This document shows, in pieces, positions 55,727 through 64,000 of a DNA stretch of 64,000 nucleotides (within the stretch, counting starts at the first letter, position 1; the number at the start of each line of letters is the position of its first letter). Both the position numbers and the translations under genes were made by a program. The notes under the pieces were generated by a model. The model made no database searches. It saw nothing but the letters and a program-made list of their open reading frames with translations, and was not told the origin of the DNA. Location of the stretch: contig OX597824.1 of NCBI GenBank assembly GCA_951406725.2, positions 5,456,001-5,520,000 of the forward strand, given 5' to 3'. Source of the DNA: Octopus vulgaris. Its lineage: Eukaryota.

Positions 55727-56188
55727 GAGGATACTATTATTCATAGGTACCGCACGCTAGGAGGGACTTTTGCAGTCAAAACTACTAAAATAAACAAATT
55801 GTACCGAATGCAAAACTTCAAAGCAAGTAATTTAAAAACAGAATTTAGTTACATATCACCTGTGATTTCGCAATCAATGCAGAATATGCATTCTATGCTC
55901 TTCAGTGCAACGAACTCAAGACATATAAGAAAAAACACAACATCACATACCCGGCAACCAACGGTAGAATTCGCCGCAGCATGTACGAATGTTTATCTTT
56001 ACATATCTATGAAAATGGCGGGCTTTTTCGCAATGCATTTCGGTTCAACTTGCCTACTCGGAACAAAAATTCAGTATTGAACTATTCCGGTGAAAAATAT
56101 AAAATATAAATTTGTTTATTTTAGTAGTTTTGACTGCAAGAGTCCCTCCTAGCGTACGGTACCTATGAATAATAGTACCCTCTATATA
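55721..56188. repeat. Inverted repeat element in (TA)n, hammerhead in spacer
   Basis: 80-bp arms 55721-55800 / 56109-56188. Confidence 0.9.
55848..55911 (-). ncRNA. Type I hammerhead ribozyme (intact core)
   Basis: Minus strand reads GUUGCA-CUGAAGA-GCA...UGC-GAA-AUCAC-AG-GUGAU-A-UGUAAC: 6-bp stem I, stem II with internal hairpin, stem III AUCAC/GUGAU, triplet AUA. Confidence 0.88.
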
Positions 56189-56295
56189 ATATAAATAAGT
56201 ATTTTCAAAGTTGAAAAAATTTACAGATTTTTTCTCTTACGAGGGTTTTCACGCTAACTATTGATACTTTCTTATAAAGATTTTATCCTTATTTT

Positions 56296-56360
<65 letters not shown>

Positions 56361-58155
56361 GTGTATATGTATACATGCACACACACAGACGTGCATACAC
56401 ACACACAGACACGCATAAATATATGAAGTAAATCACTAAATAATGAATATTTGCTTCAAAACCCTTAGATGATAAAAGGAGGACGTCTACAAGCAGACGC
56501 GAATCCGCGCTTACACAGAAACACATAGAAACATGCATATATATGTATATAAGTTGCACATCATGGCTCGAGAATGGCTTTTGATCAGTTTTCTTGACTG
56601 CCTTATATATCAAAGCCCAAAATTTGAAGAATATATGTAATATGAAGCAACGTGTGAAAAGTTCAAACAATGTCGGTAAAAACCCATAAGTAAAACAAAA
56701 AAGTTGATAACGTTAATATTAGATAATGAAAATAAAGAATAAAGTAGAGATCAGTGCCTGACCCACATTGGGGAGCGGCGGGGTTTGTACATGTGTGAAG
56801 TCATGAGTTTTGTGCAACGATTTATAAAAATGAATAAATGAATTTGATTATTTAAGAGGACAAGCGATATTAATGAAGAGATAATAATGGGGAGTCTATA
56901 AGAAATTTATGTAAATGTAATAGAAATTATGAATAAACATACGACATATTTCACATTAAAATTGAAATTAAGTCTGAAGAATGAAGTGGGAAATTTATTT
57001 GAGAAGTGTAAAAGTAATTTCATGTAAATAAGATATAATGTTTAGAGTTATATACGGAGAAAGGTGTTGTGGTTCGCTATGATCTGTTTTAAGAAATATA
57101 CCGCAGTCTATGATAGAATTAATTACGTACAGACTACTATGAATTCTAATTTATCAAACTTTATATAAGCCCAATTAACAAAATCGTGTCGTATGTTTAA
57201 GTGCGTGTAATTGCTACAACCTTTCATTTTGTCGTTTAAACGGGGACTGAAGTAGGATCGAATAATGTAGTGCAATGACCATCGATGCGAGCAAATCACA
57301 CACCGCCATCTTATATCGATTTGAAACCAACCCATTCGAAAGAAAATACTGCCAACTCATCGAAATATTTTGCAAATGAAGAGGGCATAATATGCTTCAT
57401 TACTTAGCTAGTTATAGGCTTTACATTCAAGAATTATGCTCCATAACATGAAGTTGAAAATATTGAGAACCACTCAGACATAAGAAGCCAAGTACAAGTC
57501 ATGCCAATAATGAAAATAATCTAAGTGTTGATTTCTGAAAATCTCCTTCAAAGTCTCTTCGCTGATGCAAATTCACACAACAGACACTTTCTGCTGGCTT
57601 CCTAGGTTCAGATAAAATCTTCAAACCAAACAAGTTTTAAAATTATTCTCACCGCTGAGCAATACTGCAAAAACCCAGACGCCTTCCATAATATACTTCA
57701 CACTATTTTCTATTCACCCAATATTACGTTTTCACCTTTCACACAAGTCCGCCACCGCTTTCATCATATTTCATTGTCGCCAACTTTGTGTTTTATCACT
57801 TGTTTCGTTGGTTCTTTATATTTTGCTACAGAATTCTGATCTTATCTTACCTACACATTAACACTATGTTCACCTCACTATTCATATCTGTTGACCCTTA
57901 ACCTAAACTGAATTCAATGTAGTCTCAAGTTTTGATATCACTATTATATAACCCTTCATAATATATGATTTTATATTCTTTCACACAATGCCACCAAAAT
58001 TTGTCCGCTATTATGTATCTGTTACTTATTATCTTCTATATTTTATTGATATTCTTATATTTTCATTTTTACTTTTAAAAATATTATATAAATTGCTTAT
58101 TTTGATATAAATATATACATATATACACACCCATATCTATCTATATATATATCAT

Positions 58156-58510
58156 GGCACTCCGTCGGTTACGACGAAGGGGTGGGTTCCAGTTGATCCG
58201 ATCAACAGAACAGCCTGCTTGTGAAATTAACGCGTAAGTGGGTGAGTACTCCACATACATGTGTACCCTTAACGTAGTTCTCCAGAAGATTCAGCATGAT
58301 ACTGTGTGTGACAAGGCTGGCCCTTTGAAATACAGGTACAACAGAAAATGGTAGAAAGAGTGAGAAAAAGCTGTGGTGAAAGAGTACAGCAGAGTTCGCC
58401 ACCAGCCCCTACCTGAGCCTCGTGGAGTTTTAGGTGTTTTCGCTCAATAAAGACTCACAACGCTCGGTCTAGGAATCGAAACCACGACCACACGACCGAG
58501 AGTCCGCTGA

Positions 58511-58512
<2 letters not shown>
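58156..58512 (-). mobile_element. SINE head type C with ...accgacggagtgcc tail
   Basis: Tail 58156-58340 homologous to 42178-42360. Confidence 0.87.
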
Positions 58513-58560
<48 letters not shown>

Positions 58561-58699
58561 TGAGGCTACCTAATTTAATTTGCTAATAATTTTAAGGAAT
58601 TATGAATTATACTATTGGTATGATATTTACTGTATACCGAATTTTGCACCCCTTATATGTGTGTGTGAGAGAGAGAAAGTGTGTGCGTACGTGTGTGTG

Positions 58700-58796
58700 T
58701 ATGAGTATACATACGTGTATGTGTGTATATATACGTGTATGTGTGTATATATATATATGTATATATATATATATACATACATCTATATCTATCTTT

Positions 58797-58832
<36 letters not shown>

Positions 58833-59056
58833 AAATACGTGTATACATACGTGTATACATACGTGTATGTGTGTATACATACGTATACATACGTGTATAC
58901 ATACGTGTATACATACGTGTATGTGTGTATATATACGTGTATGTGTGTATATATATATATGTATATATATAGAATGTGCGTATACATACGTGTATGTGTG
59001 TATACATACGTGTATGTGTGTATATATATATATGCGTATACATACATGTATGTGTG

Positions 59057-59090
<34 letters not shown>

Positions 59091-59109
59091 TACATCTATA
59101 TCTATCTTT

Positions 59110-59185
<76 letters not shown>

Positions 59186-59200
59186 ATATATATATATATA
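58700..59200. repeat. Higher-order microsatellite block
   Basis: 12-bp atacgtgtatac units, plus duplicated catctatatctatctttttatc(TATC)n motif about 310 bp apart. Confidence 0.8.
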
Positions 59201-59611
59201 GCTGTGTGTATATGAATATGTGCGTTTGTGGGTATAACGTATTTTCTCTATTATTTCTATACATTTTAACGTTACATAATGAAACATCTTACTAAACTCT
59301 CTACCTGTTATATATTCACGACTACCCCATTAATTCATATTCTTGCTATATTTATTATCTGAATGCTAATACCTTACTTTCTCTCTATAACTTTATAATC
59401 ATTAGCCTTAGGAATTTTACTCCGTCGAGTTTTGTATCAGTTTTTAATACTTTTTAACTTATTCATCATTCTAACACTTGGATTGATTCCCAATTCGATA
59501 GAATACACAGAGTATAAATTTCACATATGAACGCACATGTATGAACACTTACGTTCCCTTATACGGGCGTATAACTGTGCGTATATCAACGTATGTTTCT
59601 CTCTCTCTCTC

Positions 59612-59659
<48 letters not shown>

Positions 59660-59799
59660 TACACACACCAACATAAATATATATCATATAAATATAGATA
59701 TGCGTATATTATATGAATATATACGTGTATATTATATGTATACATATGTGTATTTATAGGTAGTATATATATGTGTGTGTGTGTGTATGATATATCATA

Positions 59800-59909
<110 letters not shown>

Positions 59910-60201
59910 TCGATATATGTTTATATATATAAACGTATTAATCTTCGAATATAAACTAACATATACGTTCATACAAATGTATATGTGTTAATGTTGTGCG
60001 TAGGGGTTCATTGATTTTTCTATATATGTATGCACATACATATGCACACACATACACACACACACATATACACCCTGCCTACACACTTGCACACACTTGC
60101 ACACACTTGCACACGTAAATACATACGCACACAAACTGGTTTTAGTTGTGAATTTTGTCAGAGATCTCTCAGTACATACATACACTAAAAGCGAACGCAC
60201 T

Positions 60202-60238
<37 letters not shown>

Positions 60239-60696
60239 CTGTGAATTTATTTCCGCTGAAGTAATAGGCTCCAAACCTGAAGAAAAAAATCCATTTATAC
60301 AATTTAATACTGATGCAGTGTTTGTTACATAGCGACACTTCCCGTCATGCATAACACACAGCATGTCTAGAAAAAGAAGCGGCAAAGAAGACGAGCAAAT
60401 CTCAATATTTTCATTGAAACGACAATATGGTAATTATATTTTCTGACAAAATGCCGTTGTATTCTCCGTATATTATGATATACTTTTTCTGCTATTTTGA
60501 GGGGAGGGGTTCAGTTCATTACACCAATCTTAGTTCTCAACTATTATTTAATTTATCGAACCCGAAAAGATGAAATCACAGTCAACCCTTGAGTGCAGAA
60601 CGGAAGGCCGAAATAATTACCGCTGAGCATTTTCTCCGGCACGTGAACGCTTCTGCCCGCGCAATGCCTATTTGCGTATTATAATACAACCATATA

Positions 60697-61263
60697 TTGG
60701 GTTGTCCGAAAAGGTCATGCCGATTTTTAAAAGAAAGAAAAAGGTCAATAAGTACTTGCCATTACATTTTTAATCAACCAAATATGAACCATTTTGTTGC
60801 ACAATGCATCTCCATCTTTCCTTTAACTTGAAAATACCCTCTTCCCAGAATTGAGGTGGCTTTATGGCAAAGAATTCATTAAGGTACCTTTTTATGTCAT
60901 CCAAGGAATTGAAATTTTTGCCATTAAGACTATTCTGCAGAGACCTGAATAAGTGGAAATCCGAAGGAGCAATATCTGGTGAATATGGAGGGTGGGGTAA
61001 CACATCCCAGCCGAGCTGCAGCAATTTTTGTCTGATTCCCAAAGAATCAAGTGCCGAAAATGAACTTACTTTTCTTCCATTTTAAAGGGTTACATAATTA
61101 ACACAGGTTATGGGAACATAAACCTTCTTCTACGAAAAGATAGTTTAAACTGTGTTCTAAATGGAAGTGTAGTCAAATCCTATTTTATGGAATCAACCAT
61201 GTTCTAAAATAAGTCGAAAGGTAGGGCTACTATAAATCGGCAACAACTTTCCGGACAACCCAA
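60697..61263 (-). mobile_element. Mariner DNA transposon, internally deleted
   Basis: ~30-bp imperfect TIRs ttgggttgtccg.aaag / ctttccggacaacccaa, TA duplications on both sides. Confidence 0.93.
60770..61042 (-). pseudogene. Mariner transposase C-terminal fragment
   Basis: WDVLPHPPYSPDIAPSDFHLFRSLQNSL...GIFKLKERWRCIVQQNGSYL: the YSPDLAP-D motif holding the third catalytic D; N-terminus deleted. Confidence 0.92.
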
Positions 61264-61500
61264 TATTTTCTTGCATTATGAGAAATTATGTAGCTCAGTT
61301 ACTTAAGCTTTGTCTATTCTTATATTCCGTATCTACCGAATTTAGTAAATCTTGCACAATAAGTGCATATAATCATAAAGAAATGGCAGGAACGTTATTA
61401 TATTTAACTTCGGAAAAGATTTGCTGGAGGCCAGTGTGGGAACATATACAAACCTCGCCATGAATCCCATTAGTATAAGAGTTTAAAACAATAACACAAC

Positions 61501-61925
61501 GAGCTGGCAGAATCGTTTGCACACCGAGCAAATTGCTTAGCGTATTTCTGAGTTCAAATTCCGCCGTGGTCGGCTTTTCCTTTTACCCTTTCGGGGTCGA
61601 TAAATCAAGTACCAGTTGAGTAGTGGGATCAATGTGATCGACTGTCTTCTCCCCACAAAATCCAGGACTTGTGCCTATAGTAGAAAGGACTATAAGAGCT
61701 TTCTTAAAAAGACGGTGACCTGGCAAAATTGTTAGCACACCGGGCGAAATGTTTAGCGGTATGTCGCCTGACTTTAAGTTCCGAGTTCAAATACCGCCGG
61801 GGTCGACTTTGCATTTCATCCTTTCACTGTCGAAGAAATAAGTACCTGAACACTGAACACTGGGGCCGATATAATCAACTTATCCACCCGCCCGAAATGA
61901 CTGGCCTTCTGCCAAAATTTGAAAT
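61501..61925 (+). mobile_element. Two adjacent SINE family B copies
   Basis: 61501-61690 and 61713-61925, each with a head and a different tail. Confidence 0.82.
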
Positions 61926-62031
61926 CAGTATTATAAGTTACGTCATATCTAAACAAACATGAGTTTGTTTTTGAAGCTTTGGAATATGTTGTAGAACAAG
62001 TAGAAATAATGATAATAATAATAATAATAAC

Positions 62032-62066
<35 letters not shown>

Positions 62067-62086
62067 TAATAATGATGATGATGATG

Positions 62087-62120
<34 letters not shown>

Positions 62121-62175
62121 CAACAATATCGAAAAACACCTTGGGAATAAGAACCCAGGTTCGAAAATTCCCCAA

Positions 62176-62221
62176 GACACCTGATGAAGGCTGGTGGGTA
62201 TATCAGCCGAAACGTTGCGTT
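62176..62221 (+). ncRNA. Minimal type I hammerhead ribozyme
   Basis: GACAC-CUGAUGA-A-GGCUG-loop-CAGCC-GAAAC-GUU-GCGUU; palindromic stem III of the minimal Penelope-type; one mismatch in stem I. Confidence 0.8.
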
Positions 62222-62276
62222 GACAACAAACAAGATGAGGACAAATATCAGTCAAATGTAAGTAATGGAAGTAGAA

Positions 62277-62363
62277 AGATATATTTTTCAACTCGTAAAT
62301 ACTGATAGAAGAGCTTATATCTATGCTGATCCATCAGTATTTACGCGTTGAAAAATATATCTT
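62277..62363. repeat. Short inverted repeat
   Basis: aagatatatttttcaactcgtaaatactgat / atcagtatttacgcgttgaaaaatatatctt. Confidence 0.8.
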
Positions 62364-62491
62364 TACTTGTTCATTATTTGAAACCAAATTTATAAATGTA
62401 CTCGCATCGATTCTTTGGGCAAAAGACTCCGTAATGACTGAGCGCTTGTACGGCCGCAGTCTAATGACTAAAACACGTATAAATACTTTAT

Positions 62492-62637
62492 ATCTGGAGC
62501 TGAGAGCAACTTGTACAAACATCTGGAGCTGAAATCAACTTGCACAGACATGTGGAGCTGAGAGCAGCTTAGACAGAAATCTGGAGCTGAGTGTAACTTA
62601 CACAGAATTCTGGAGCTTAGAGCAACTTGCACGAAAG
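62492..62637. repeat. 29-bp minisatellite, 5 units
   Basis: Consensus approx. atctggagctgagagcaacttgcacagaa. Confidence 0.85.
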
Positions 62638-63305
62638 GATGAGGGTTCGAAATCGCAAAATATAAATCTTGTAAACAACAACTCACCCCCCACCCAAATT
62701 GAGACTTTTAATTAATGTAAGGTCTAACCTGCAAGCATTCGCTACAACCATATAAAGGTAATATAGGACACGGTACGCACACATGTGCATATTTACATAC
62801 AAATACACACATACATATTGAGAAAAGAGAATATTGACATTAGATTAAAAATGTACAGGGGTTTATTTGTTCAACTTAGAATATAAAGCACTGCTCCAGC
62901 ATGACCGCTAAATATGAGTGGAAGATGTAAAAGTGCAAAAGAGTAAGTGAAATGGGCTACGACACAGTCAAGTCCAAACGTACATTGATACAGCCGAGGA
63001 GTTTGTTTAGATTTACCAATTCTGTTTTCTCAATAATCTCATGAGAAATTAAAACCACGTAAATTACGACATTACGCGACTAAAACTTTTATACAAGTAG
63101 ACGAAACCTCTTTAAAACGTGTCGCTTTAATGGTCGTATATCGTATAATGAACAGTATAACCACTTATATTTTAAAAGATTTAAAACTAATAAAAACAGT
63201 TTTGATCAGCTAATAATTCGTCTGATATTGAAGTGGAATTACAGGAGGCTTAATGTCTTCTAAATCAGAAAGTCATTTGACTGTCTCATAAAAGTCTTCA
63301 GAAAG

Positions 63306-63396
<91 letters not shown>

Positions 63397-63879
63397 ATGT
63401 ATATATATATATATATAAACGAATAAGGAATAAAAGGATATATATATTCACATAGACACATATGTATATATTAATTATTAATGCCTTTCTTATATTACAA
63501 AATAAATTTAGAAAATATATTGTAGTTGATCATAAATTTGTGAATCTATATAACCTGTATGTATGTATGTATGTATGTATGTATGTATGGGTTTATACAC
63601 ACATTTGCATATTTGTATATGCGTATGTGTATATATAAGTATATATCGTAGAATATTTTTGTGTAATGTAAAATAAACTTGAATATGTTTAACATACATA
63701 CATTATAATTGCTCCACCGATTTTTGTTCCTTACACCTCAATTAGTTTCCTCTTCTCTCTGTTTCTCCTGTCTCTCTGTTTCTCCTCTCTCCCCTCTTTC
63801 TCCCTCTCTCCGCCCTCTCTCTCTATCTATCCATCTAGCTAGCTATGTGTCTCTCTGCCTACCTACCTACATACCCATC

Positions 63880-63922
<43 letters not shown>

Positions 63923-64000
63923 GTATATATCAAAAAGAGTGAAACTGAAATTAACACACCTCTACAGATTTGAGAATTTACATTACACACAAACATACTC

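Noticed and set aside
62492-62637. CRISPR-like array
   Set aside because: Contiguous 29-bp units without unique spacers; eukaryotic context, no cas genes

Overview
AT-rich, microsatellite-saturated animal DNA, intronic or intergenic. The SINE repertoire suggests a cephalopod, probably Octopus (inference). No intact protein-coding gene is present; nearly all ORF-track entries are translations of (TA)n/(CA)n/(TATC)n/(TATG)n or SINEs. Recognisable content: >30 tRNA-derived SINE copies with mix-and-match heads and tails, three mariner relics, a non-autonomous Helitron, 3' ends of Tx1/L1-, RTE- and CR1-type LINEs, and one candidate signal-peptide exon. The main unexplained structure is a dense set of short non-coding elements, mostly embedded in (TA)n/(CA)n tracts, built as long hairpins or a partial tandem repeat. 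They carry type I hammerhead ribozyme motifs: five with complete cores, plus degenerate and variant ones including a G3:C8 swap and an A6U family. They look like multiple families of non-autonomous Penelope-like/retrozyme elements. All folds were read by eye; no activity or database evidence is available.
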